A stretch of DNA of 64,000 nucleotides, from the NCBI GenBank assembly GCA_002269645.1, contig NIVC01001381.1, positions 85,220 through 149,219 on the forward strand. Direction: 5' to 3'. A program made the translations under genes and the position numbers. This document shows, in pieces, positions 39,463-51,680 of the stretch (positions are counted from its first letter, which is position 1; every line of letters begins with the position of its first letter). The notes beneath the pieces are model-generated. The model ran no database searches, was not told where the DNA came from, and worked only from the letters and a program-made list of their open reading frames with translations. The stretch comes from Macrostomum lignano (taxonomy: Eukaryota).

Positions 39463-42400
39463 GGTTGTGGAATAACATTTGCATGCAAATATTTTGGACA
39501 CTTGCTATGAGCTTATAATATTATAGGCCAACTAATTATATTTGTTAATTATTAATGCTATTAAGTTACTTAGTTGCATGGGGGTTGCAGCTTGGCATAC
39601 TTGGCTTAAAGCAAAATTGTTACATAGCTAGCAAGGAATTCCAAATTAGTCCTCTACTTGTTCTTCTATATTGGTATTATATTCAGATTATTTCAAATAT
39701 ACTCAACATTTATTATCAACAACATTGAAAGTCATTGTAAAAATTATTCAACATACACAGTTATTATAAGTTATATAGATAATCCAGCCAAAAAAATATA
39801 TTATTTATGTTTTTTTGATTTTACCTAACTTTTCACTTAAGTCATATTGTCTAAAATGCAAGGCATTATTTAAAAGTGAGGTAGTTATTTAATTCCTAAT
39901 TATTTTTATTTCTCTTGGATAAAGCACCCATTAATAAATGATTAAGAATTCTTTACAGCAATTTTTTACTATTGACAACTTATAATATATTTGAATGATT
40001 GATCATTCTTCTATTATTGTTTGATTATATTTAAAAATAGTTTAATAATATGGGTAAATAACAATTCATAAAATTGGGAGACATTTTTTTAAGTTAAAAA
40101 TAATGATTTAATAGCCTATGGCAATGACTCAATAAGAAAGTTGCAAGTGTATAAGAATATAATAAGATCCCTTAAACAAAGTTTGTCCCAAAAAACTATA
40201 TAGTTGTGATTATATTACTCTAGGTAAAAACAATTTAAAAACTTGAATATTGAAAAAAAATCGTCTATGGGTGCTGATTTGCAGAAAATGTAGCAATATT
40301 AATAGGCCTATAACGTACTTGCGAACAATGTCATTATGTCAATAAAGATACTTAAATAAAACAGTGAAGCAACAAGGCATTTAAAGATACTAAACTTAAA
40401 AAAATGAATTAGGAAGAACCATAGGATCTAGAGTGGACTAAAAATAAGTTGTAATAACGCGAAAGCAGTTCTTTGCATTAAGGAAGAAGTAAGAACCGAG
40501 GAAAGGAACCAATCCTGGTTAGAAAAAAGGATTATGAAATCATGCCCTCAATAACAATAGCAGCCAATGTATACACTTTTTGCTTCCTAACTAAAATTAA
40601 AGTTTTTTTAAATGAATATTGCATATATTTTTTCGCCCGTAACCTGTTATTTCCAGAGAGAAACTGGTATATCTACACAAGTGACTAATCAAAACGCAAT
40701 CTGAAACTTATAGATCCTCGCCGGGATATCCTGGAAATTGGACATTTCAAATTTTTAGATGAAATATTTTTATACCCAATGTAGTAAAAACTTGGCGCAC
40801 TTTTAAATTTCATATACTTTTTTGTTCAGGCTAAAGTATTTGTTTTCAATAAGAAAAAATAACTTTTAAAAATGTTTTTTTATTTGTTGAGATGGTGAGT
40901 TCTCTTTTTTAAAAAGCATTCTTTGTTCCCGGAAATAGAATTCGTCGGTCGGTCCAAGGCGCAAGTTAGTTAGCAACATATGTGTTCTGGTGTTAGACAT
41001 GTCACCTTTTTTAGTAGTCGTAGTTAATTTAGCAGCATATGAGTAATATATCACTTAGTAAATCGCTTTTTTAAGTGGCTAGAGTTTTTTATTATTGTTA
41101 AAAAATCATGCGTCACCTCACATGTCATAATTGATTTCTATTCTATAAATAACTATGCCTAACAATCCTAACATGCATGCTTCGCATGTTCAGTTTTTGG
41201 AAATAGGCCATAGGTCTAGCCTACTTCAGTAATAATAGTGTTATTTATAATTAGTAAAAATGTATAGAAAATTCCTAAATACAATGTCAATGTGGTTTGG
41301 TGTATTCATACATATTTGTAAGCTAATTTAGGCCTACCAAATTAATTTACTAAAGAAATAAGTATTTATTGAACATTGCAAGAATTATAGGGATTTAGGA
41401 TTCTAGGAATTTTAAGAATAAACTATCTACTTTGCTTAGGCCCTAAATCTAATGTTGCTAAGAGTAAAGTATACACTGCAAAAATGCCAAATAGGGGCCT
41501 TAATTTAAAAAAAATATTGATATCTAAAACAACAAATAAATGAATTAGACCTAATTCTAAGCAAATCAATATTGATAAATACTACCTAATTTTTATATCC
41601 TAATAAAATACTTCACTAAAACCTACCAACATATGCTAGGAGCATATATTGATATATGCTCTATTCTTTTGCTCTATTTGGACCATTTATAGACCTATAT
41701 AGGCCTATTATAATATTTTATTTTATTAAATATCAAATTGTGATAAGCTGTTTCCATAGATAAACATAGGTAGTTGCCATTACCTATGTTTAAGTTTTTA
41801 GCACCACCATTCCTTATTTTCTATATGACACCAAAGCCAAAACTTTATTTTTTCAATGCTTATTCAAGGCCTAGTCTTGAAGGAGGCTGCACCATGGCTA
41901 CTGTAAGAGACAAAATCAAAGTACATGAAGCATGAAATTTTGCACAAAGTTTAACAATGATTTTGCAAATATATTGTAATGAAAATTGACAACCTTTGCT
42001 TCATTTATAAAATTCTTAAAATTGTGTTTTATTTCTTCTTTTTATTCTTTATTTTTGAAATTAAAAACAAATCTTAACATCTTCAATTTATAATCTTTAC
42101 TTGCAATTACACATTTTTTACATAGGATTAGGATTTAGGACTAGCGCACCTGGCACACTTGTGCATTTTGACTGGCATACCTGGTGCTCACCAAAAATTT
42201 TTTGGAGTGGCTTCTAGCACACACATAGCATGATCCTGACTATGGCCTTTGGGTTTAGGCCATAGATAACTTGTAAGGTAGACTTCTTTGCCATGTCTTT
42301 ATCATACAAATCATTAATTTAAATCCTTGGCATTGGTGTGAATTCAAATGAAAAATAATTTCATAAAATATTGCCAACTAATGTGACTGTATATGACTTT

Positions 42401-44643
42401 TAAATGATAGCATTATTAGTCAGAACTGGCACAAATTCAAAAGAAAAATAATTTTGCAAATAAAATTACACTAGTACCCTAGTCTTATATTTATTTGTAA
42501 TTTTTATAAATGGTTTATAGTTCTTTTATAAAATTAAAATGTAAATCATTTGGACCAGATGTAACAAATTCTATAAAGCTTCATAATAAGTTTAAACTTT
42601 TTTATAACTAAATAATATGGATTCACCTTTTTGTGGCATTTTTTGTTTTAAAACTATGTTGCACTATCCATATAAAAGTCAGGACTTTCAATATACAATC
42701 CCCCTTATAAGATGGCAAAATTATAAGTTAAAAAAACTTTTAAAACCAAACTTTTAAATAGGAAAACTTAAAAGCGCAGTATTGTATTATAAAGTCTTGG
42801 GTTTTGTTAAAAAATGTAGCTTATATTTACTTTTCCACATGACCATTTAAATGGTAAAATTATTTGTAGGTGATTATAAGACAAAACCAAAGGAGCTTTT
42901 TTGGTTTCGAATTACAATCATACTAATAATAAAATTGTATTGGGTTAACCCAAAATTATTTATATATCATATAAAAAATTATAATATTGCAAAGGAATAA
43001 ACATGATAGGTGAGTCTTGTCTTAAACAAAAGATTTCAATAATTACTATTCTTAGGAAAACCATTGAATCAGTATAGTCACTCAGCAAAAAAGTTATATT
43101 CAATAAAAATAAAAAAATATGAAATTTTTGCATGTCCCAATGAGAAGTGCTTCAATAAAAAAGAAAACTATTAATAAACAAGAGTATTAAATGGTGCCAT
43201 GGATATTTTTTAAACTTAAAACATGGTTTTAAATTTGTTTAATGTACCCTTTTTTAATTGTAGATTTCTAGTGAATTTTTGGCCATGTTTGTTTGTCCCA
43301 CAAATGTCTTATCTAGTAGCTGACGCCAATTTAAGATAATTATAATCTCACTTAAGTATATAGCTCTTTTGGTTTTGTCTTACAAACACGTACAAAAGTG
43401 AGGAGAGTGCAGAAGCAATTACCATAACAAATAATTTTATTCTCAAACATGCAGATCATTGATGAGATATATTACTTTTTTATGTGGACTGGGACTCTGT
43501 GTCCATAGAATGAACACAATTAAACTGCAAATTTGGGACCATACTAATCCATTTAATTTTGTAATACAATCCCTCTAATACAATTTTACTATCAGTGTGA
43601 TCAGGTGCAAAACCAACAAGCTCTTTTGGTTTTTCTTACAATCACCTATATATAATTTCACCATTTAAATAGTTGTATGATGAAAGTGACTATAAGCTAT
43701 GCTTCTATAACTTTCTATGCTACATTTCAAAGATAATTTCAGTGATGATTTGAAGTGATTTGAAAATTGAGTACAATTTACAATAGTTGTTAGATTCAGT
43801 TTTTTGATATACTGGAACTTTTTTGACTCTTTTTAATGGGGATTATAAAATAAAACTTGACCTGCTTAGGGATTTTAACTAAAGAATGCCCTAATTGTAT
43901 ATACATCTATATTAACTTATGTAATGACATTGGCATTGTAATAACAATTAGCACATGTATAAAGTCATTTATGTTGCCATTATAAGCCATTTCATCAAGC
44001 ACCTGAAGCAACCATAGGCAACTGTTGGCCAACCTAGCAGATCTGGCTACCATAAATTGTGGTAAATAGGGAGGGTAAGCCACAAAAAATTCCCACCAAA
44101 AACAATTAGTACTAATTAGATAATTATGAATTTAGCCTTAATAAGACAGTCATAGTTATTGTTGCCATTTACATAGAATTGCATTAATTTTGCTTAAAGG
44201 TTTCTTTCTTAGATAAGTCATATTTTTGGTCAAAAAGTAAGTCACATGGCCAGTGTAAATCAGGGGGATTGCACATGTGTGACCTGGAGCTCTACTATGA
44301 TTGAAATGGTACTTACATTAAGAACTCAATTTAGCCCATCAGGTTATTTATTACCATTTAGAAAACTTTTATACTGCAAAAATTCTTTATTGTGTTTTTT
44401 TTAAAGATTGTTAAGTTTCATTAATATTCCTCTATGCAGGCAATAGGTTTTTAAGTTAAAAGTTATTTGGTTACTTATGTGTCACTATATAGTTTCAAAC
44501 AACTATATAGTTACTTATATATATATATATAGCATGATATTGATGCCACAATGACAGTTTAATATGAATCACAATAATATTTAGCACAGTACAACAACCA
44601 AGCATTAAACATTTACATGCATTATTCACATTTTGCATGCAAA

Positions 44644-45822
44644 ATGGATCCCAGTTCAGCCTCAATCATAAAGAAGTCATTAAAATACCTGCATAAGCTA
44701 CGGCAAACAGATGCTTTTACCAAAAACTCTGGCATGTTTAAATACTTGACTGCTCAATGGCTGGAGCTGAAGCTAGAGAAATCTGGTGTGCTCTGCTCTA
44801 ACCAGGAGCTGTTGCGTCATTCAGTCTGTCCCGGCTGTTTGGGGCAGCAGCCACAGGCCTGCCAACAACACTACACAGTTAGCAGGCGGCGTCTTCGTAG
44901 AACTCGAAAGCGTTTAACCAAACGATTAGGCAGCTTGGCGAGTGCAGAGGCTGCACTCGCTAGCAGAAAAGTGGTCAGTTTCTATTTTAAACATATTTCT
45001 ATTGTGATATCTGTACTGTTTGTAACCAGTTTGAAAAGCTATAACATCTTACTTTAAAATGATTACCCTGTAACATAATAAGACCTTTTACTCGTCCTGC
45101 AATACCCCATTGTAAGATTGTTCTGTAAACACATTCTGATTTTCTGTAACATCCCACCCTTAGATAAGTTCCCTGTAACACATCATGATTGTTCTGTAAC
45201 ACCTCACTCTTAGATAAGTTCCCTGTAACACATCATGATCGTTCTGTAACACCTCACTCTTAGATAAGTGCCCTGTAACACATTATGATTGTTCTGTAAC
45301 ACCTCACCCTTAGATAAGTGCCCTGTAACACATTATAATTGTTCTGTAACACCTCACCCTTAGATAAGTGCTCCGTAACACATTATTCTTCGCTTTGGTG
45401 CAGCAACAACCTACTATTAAGTCAGTCTAAACCTCCTTACCATACTGAAGCACAAACTTTAATCGCAGGTCCGTCTTGTCTGCCCAACCTGCGGTCGCCG
45501 CAGCACCACCCGGCAACCGGCTGGTTCATCCAGCACGCCCGGCTCGACTGCACCCTCTTCGCGGGCGTCGGCTACTCCAAAGACGCCGATACAATCGACA
45601 ATGTGCCACTCTCGCCAGCCTGGCAGTTCAAGCCAGGGCAAAGCGAACAAGCATAACAAAACCCTTTGCCGGGTGAAGCTGCTGCAGCAGCGGCAGTACG
45701 CTACTGGCGCAAATTTGTCGCCGTCTGCTTCCGCCGTTTCTTCTTCCGGCAGCAGAAGTTCGCCTGGCGGTGGCATGGCTTCGTTTCTGTCTCTGTTAGG
45801 GGCGGGAACGCCAAAGCGATAA
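44644..45822 (+). CDS. C18orf21: C18orf21 (UPF0711 / RMP24)-like Rpp21-type zinc-ribbon protein, ~227 aa, 2 exons
   Basis: Exons 44644-44973 (GTG|GTCAGT) and 45469-45822 (CGCAG|GTC), phase 0. CPGC...basic stretch...VRLVCPTCGR, then an S/T/P-rich tail and C-terminal MASFLSLLG. This follows the remembered human C18orf21 layout (CPYC, ITCKTCNR, FRNFLSSLKG). Confidence 0.65.
45100..45385. repeat. ~57-bp minisatellite in the C18orf21-like intron
   Basis: TTCTGTAACACCTCACTCTTAGATAAG...CCCTGTAACACATCATGATTG repeated about 5 times. Confidence 0.85.
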
Positions 45823-46089
45823 TAAAAAATCGTTTTTTGCTGTTTAGTTGTATCTGTCGATAAAAATGCATTTCGCCTACTAAAAGTAGGTTTGATGCAT
45901 TTTTAATGCAAATTTGTTCCAAAATTTAATTAAAATACAAGTGCAACGTGGAGATGTACAGTTTTTAAAAGCTCGTATTTTAATTAATTTAGTCTTAATT
46001 TTGCCTTTAATTGATTAATATAGGTACGATATGCAGTTATGTAAGTTTAATAAGATAAAAAACCAATCCCGAAAATGTGACCAATTGCA

Positions 46090-47454
46090 ATGCAATTTTC
46101 TGCATCTAATTGTGCGCCCATCATCAGCATGAGCTCAGGGCAGGATGAGGCCTCTCTGGGGCTCAACCAGGACCACTGCAGCGCAGACGCTGCCACCGCG
46201 GATAGCAAGGAGCCATCCAATCACATTGACCCAAACATAGAGGAGGCCATGGAGGGCATCGAGTTTTTCGATGAGGTTTTGCATTATCAAGGCGATACCG
46301 GTTTTGGTGCTACAGCCAATCAGAGAGGAGCTAATGATTTTGCTGCGGCAGATCAGGGTGAATCGGCTACGGATAATCACACAGCCAATCAAACTGGAGC
46401 TTGCGAGATTCCTGCAGCCAATCAGAGCGAGGATGCGGAGTTTCTTAAAGCCAGTCAGAGCGAATCTGCCGACATCTCAGCAGCCAATCACAGTAAGGCT
46501 ACAGAAAGTCCTGCAGCCAATCAGGTCAAAGTTTCGGATTTTCTTGCAGATATTCGAAGCACTGACATCGCAGCAGCCAATCAGAGTGAAGCAACTGACA
46601 TTGCAGCAACCAATCGGAGCGAAGCTGCTGACATCGCAACAGCCAATCAGAGCGAAGCTACTGACATTGCAGCAGCCAATCAGAGCGAAGCTACTGATAT
46701 TGCAGCAGCCAATCAGAGCATAGCTACTGAAATCGCAGCAGCCAATCAGAGCAAAGCTGTCGCTAGTTCACTGCCGAATCTAGACGAAGCTGTGGACGAT
46801 GTCTTGGCCAATCAGAGTGAAACATTCGACCAAGCGCCAGCCAATCAGATTGAATCCGCTAGTAGTTTTATTACATCTGAAGTTGCGCCAGCCAATCAGA
46901 GCAAAGTAGCCACCGAATCATTAGCCGATCAGCGTGAAGCATCGGCAGATCAAAACGCCGCAGCCGCCGCTCCTCCAGATCAGGATTTCGTCATGGCCGA
47001 GGTTAAAACTGAAGTCCAATCTGCCGACGTGTCCGCAGTTTCCGTCGGCTTTGATGGCGCCGACGGCGAAGAGAGCGAAGCTGCCAGACAGGCTGCCAGC
47101 TGGATTGAAGACGCCAGCGAGGCTGCTGACTCCTCCGCCTCTGCCGTCGCTGCCGCCAAGACTGAACCCGTGGCTCTACTAGAAGCAAAGATTGAACCCA
47201 CGGAAACCGGCTCGGCTGCGGCCTCCGCTGTCGAGCGGAAGCCGCAGGTGGCGGGCGTCAACGGCGGCGCCCCTGGAAGCCCCTCCTCGCAGCCCTGCTC
47301 GTCCTCCACCTCATCACAGGTGCCCATTCCCGGCCTGAGCAAGGCCTTGGAGAGGTGAGTTGCATCTGTAGCTGCCTTTTTACCTGTCTGTCTGTCTATC
47401 TATCTATCTATTTATCTATCTATCTATCTACCTATCTGTCTATCTATCTACCTG

Positions 47455-47493
<39 letters not shown>

Positions 47494-47494
47494 G

Positions 47495-47541
<47 letters not shown>

Positions 47542-47566
47542 GTCTATCTATCTATCTATCTTTCTG

Positions 47567-47630
<64 letters not shown>

Positions 47631-47722
47631 ACTATCTATCTATCTTTCTGTCTATCTATCTATCTATCTTTCTGTCTATCTATCTATCTATCTATCCATC
47701 TATCTATCTATCTATCTTTCTG

Positions 47723-47769
<47 letters not shown>

Positions 47770-47782
47770 GTCTGTCTTTCTG

Positions 47783-47823
<41 letters not shown>

Positions 47824-47824
47824 A

Positions 47825-47897
<73 letters not shown>

Positions 47898-50800
47898 GCC
47901 TGTCTATCTGTCTGTCTGTAGTTCATTACTACTGATTTTGAATAAAGCATCTTGTTTATAACCACACCTCCTGTCACGCCCCAACCTCCCCAGCGCGCTG
48001 ACCCGCCGTCAGCGACACGACCTCGAGCTCACTGGCAGCTGCCCGCGTTGCGAAAAATTTCGCGAACAGATCGTCTTTGATGAAAATAACGAGCCGCAGC
48101 CCGGCATCAACATCCTGCCGGACTATTTGGCAGACGGCCTCGACATGGTTGTGGTAAGTTTGGCTCACCTGCTCCCAGATCCTCAGTTGCTGGGCCAGAC
48201 TCCCAGATCCTCAGTTGTGGGGCCAGCCTCCCAGACCCTCAGTTGCTGGGCCAGCCTCCCAGACCCTCAGTTGCTGGGCCAGCCTCCCAGATCCTCAGTT
48301 GCTGGGCCACCAGCCTCCCAGATCCTCAGTTGCTGGGCCACCAGCCTCCCAGATCCTCAGTTGCTGGGCCAGCCTCCCAGACCGTCAGTTGCTGGGCCAG
48401 CCTCTTAAATCCTCAGTTGCTAGGCCAGCCTCCCAGACCCTCAGTTGCTGGGCCAGTCTCCCAGACCCTCAGTTGCTGGGCCAGCCTCTTAAATCCTCAG
48501 TTGCTAGGCCAGCCTCCCAGACCGTCAGTTGCTGGGCCAGCCTCTTAAATCCTCAGTTGCGGGGCCAGCCTCCCAGACCCTCAGTTGCTGGGCCAGCCTC
48601 CCACATCCGTATATTTCTTACCTCGCCTTTTTGTCTCTACTACTCAATATCCTGGCTATTCAGTAGTACAAACGCGCGCACTCCCAAAAATCCGATCCAC
48701 TATCAAACAGATCGGCATCAATCCCAGCATGACCTCAGCCTACGTGGGTCATCACTATGCCGGACCTGGCAATCATTTCTGGTCCTGCCTGAGCGAGAGC
48801 GGCCTCATCGCGGAGCCGCTCACCTGCCATGAGGATCACCGGATCTGCGATTTTGGCATAGGCTTCACCAATGTGTGCACCAGGCCCACCAAAGGCGCCG
48901 CCGATCTGACCAGAAAGGAGATGAAAGAAGGTGCCGAAATCTTGCTGGCAAAATTAAAGAAATACAAGCCGAAAATTGCCGTGTTCAATGGGAAAGGTAG
49001 GTCTCGTTTTATATGTACTTTCCTGGCCTTTGTTGAGCATTCTATCTGCCCCGTTCCGCGCGGTTTAACCAACCTGAGGGCACTTCCCCCCCCCCCATAG
49101 TCAGCCATAGGGCACTTTCCGCCCCCCCCATAGTCATCCATCGGGCACTTTCCGCCCCCCCCCCTTAGTCAGCCATAGGGCACTTTCCGCCCCCCCCCCC
49201 ATAGTCAGCCATAGGGCACTTTCCGCCCCCCCATAGTCAGCCATAGGGCACTTTCCGCCCCCCCATAGTCAGCCATAGGGCACTTTCCGCCCCCCCCCCT
49301 ATAGTCAGCCATAGGGCACTTTCCACCCCCCCCCATAGTCAGCCATAAGGCACTTTCCGCCCCCCCTTTAGTCAGCCATAGGGCACTTTCCGCCCCCCCC
49401 CTTAGTCAGCCATAGGGCACTTTCCGCCCCCCCCCCCCATAGTCAGCCATAGGGCACTTTCCGCCCCCCCCTATAGTCAGCCATAGGGCACTTTCCACCC
49501 TCCCCCATAGTCAGCCATAAGGCACTTTCCGCCCCCCTTTAGTCAGCCATAGGGCACTTTCCGCCCCCCCCCTTAGTCAGCCATAGGGCACTTTCCGCCC
49601 CCCCCCCATAGTCAGCCATAGGGCACTTTCCGCCCCCCCTTTAGTCAGCCATAGGGCACTTTCCGCCCCCCCCTTAGTCAGCCATAGGGCACTTTCCGCC
49701 CCCCCCCCTTAGTCAGCCATAGGGCACTTTCCGCCCCCCCATATTCAGCCATAGGGCACTTTCCGCCCCCCCATAGTCAGCCATAGGGCACTTTCCGCCC
49801 CCCCCCCTTAGTCAGCCATAGGGCACTTTCCGCCCCCCCTTAGTCAGCCATAGGGCACTTTCCGCCCCCCCCCATAGTCAGCCATAGGGCACTTTCCGCC
49901 CCCCCCCCCATAGTCAGCCATAGCGCGCTTGCTAGGCTTCAAGGCTACCCAGCCGCAACCGCAATTGAATTCCCGCAAACTTTCCCAGGCATTTACGAGG
50001 CATTCGTTGGCAACAAGAACTTCTACATGGGCAAGCAGCCGGAGCCGCTGGTGGGCACAGACATTGTCGTGTTCGTCATGCCCTCCAGCAGCGCCCGCTG
50101 CGCCCAGCTGCCCCGCGCCGCCGACAAGCTGCCATTCTACGTCGCCCTGAAGAAACTACGTGACTATGTTGTCGGCATCAGCTCGCATCTGAACGACTCC
50201 GATGTGGTGTTCACCGACTACACGGAGATGCGCGTGACGCAGCCGGACCCCAAGAGCGTGCGCAAAGCCGAACGGCGCAGGAAACGCAAGGCGGAGCTGG
50301 CCCAGCTCAACCAGGCTGCCGCCGCGGCTGCCGAGCAGAAAGCTCGAGCTGAAGCAGCCGCCGCTGCCGCAGCCTCCACCATCGACTCTAAAGAAGCTGT
50401 CCAGGCCAAGATTGCAGCAATGCAGCAGCAGCAGCAGCAGCAACTGCGAGCAGCGGCTGGCGGCATCAAAGTCGAAGGCTCCACAGCCGCCATCATCGGT
50501 CAGCCGGCTGCTGCTCAAGCTGGCGCAGCCATGCCGCAGCAGTACGCCCTGCTGACGCAGCAGCCCGGCCAGTTCGAGTGGCAGATCTACCAGCCCACTC
50601 TGTACTACCAGCTGCCCGCTGCCAACCCTGCAGATCAGGCTGGCGGCGCTGCTGCCGGCACCTCCACTGCCGCCGCCGCCGCTGCCTACCTGCGGCCTCA
50701 ACTGCAGATCCTTCAACCGGCCGACGCCGCTGCAGCAATGGCAGCCGCCGGTGTCACCGTCGACAGTTCCGGGGCAGCCGCTCTGGTGAACAATTCTTCG

Positions 50801-51085
50801 TCATCATCGGCAGCGTCATCTCTGGTTGTTTCGTCAACGTCGAATAGCGTCGGCGCCAACGCTGCCGCAACGGCCTTGACGGCGCAGCAGCTGGGTTTCG
50901 CCAACCTGCTGCTGCTCGATCCCAGCCAGCTGCAGGCGGCCGCCGCTGCCGCCGGAGCTGTGGGCGCCACCGTGGCCAGCAGCGTCGCCCTGGTGCCCTC
51001 CGTGTCCGCCGGCATCGCCTCCACGGTGCAGGACAGTCGGACAATGGGACAGCAGCAGCATCAGCTGACTTACACCACACTGTGA
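46090..51085 (+). CDS. TDG: G/T mismatch-specific thymine-DNA glycosylase (TDG/Thd1), ~935 aa, 4 exons
   Basis: Exons 46090-47354, 47994-48153, 48711-48996 and 49989-51085, phase-consistent. [51 protein letters not shown] and [11 protein letters not shown]; catalytic Asn intact. Confidence 0.95.
47385..47920. repeat. (TATC)n microsatellite, TDG intron 1
   Basis: Direct. Confidence 0.97.
48165..48605. repeat. ~28-31-bp minisatellite (CCTCCCAGACCCTCAGTTGCTGGGCCAG), TDG intron 2
   Basis: Direct. Confidence 0.92.
49078..49925. repeat. ~36-41-bp minisatellite with a variable poly-C run, TDG intron 3
   Basis: TAGTCAGCCATAGGGCACTTTCCG(C)n repeated about 22 times. Confidence 0.95.
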
Positions 51086-51319
51086 TGGCCGGCTGGACTG
51101 AGGTGGAATTTATTGATTTGTGCTTCTTATTGTTCGCTTAGAGACCCGTCCCGAGATTATGCGAACGCACTTTGCACTGATGCAGATTCTGTTATAAGAA
51201 ATAATAATAATAATAATAGTACGCATATGAGATCTAACTACTTTTTATGTTCAGTAGTATCGTATTTTAGCTAATTAGCTGGTCCACTAGGAGTCGCAAC
51301 AAAAACGCAACTGTGCCGT

Positions 51320-51680
51320 TATTGGCTCAGGAGAGTCACGTGACTGTGTTTTAATTAGCTCAGAGAAGTCACGTGACGATGTTTTAATTGGCTCAGAGGA
51401 GTCACGTGACTGTGTTTTAATTAGCTCAGAGAAGTCACGTGACGATGTTTTAATTGGCTCAGAGAAGTCACGTGACGGTGTTTTAATTGGCTCAGAGAAG
51501 TCACGTGACGATGCTTTAATTGGCTCAGAGAAGTCACGTGACGGTGTTTAAATTGGCTCAGAGAAGTCACGTGACGATGTTTTAATTGGCTCAGAGAAGT
51601 CACGTCGTGACTATGTTTCAATTAGCTGATGGAAGTCACGTGACTATGTTTTTATTGGGTCAGAAAAAGTCACGTGACTT
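51320..51680. repeat. 33-bp tandem array carrying GTCACGTGAC and ATTGG motifs, ~11 copies
   Basis: Direct. Confidence 0.92.

Noticed and set aside
39500-44600. Hidden gene or RNA gene in the 5-kb AT-rich gap
   Set aside because: No long ORF, rRNA, tRNA or snRNA-like motif recognised by eye; a covariance-model search would be needed to exclude ncRNA.
45459-45776. 105-aa minus-strand ORF and the plus-strand ORFs 45339-45656 and 45476-45676
   Set aside because: Shadow frames of C18orf21-like exon 2.
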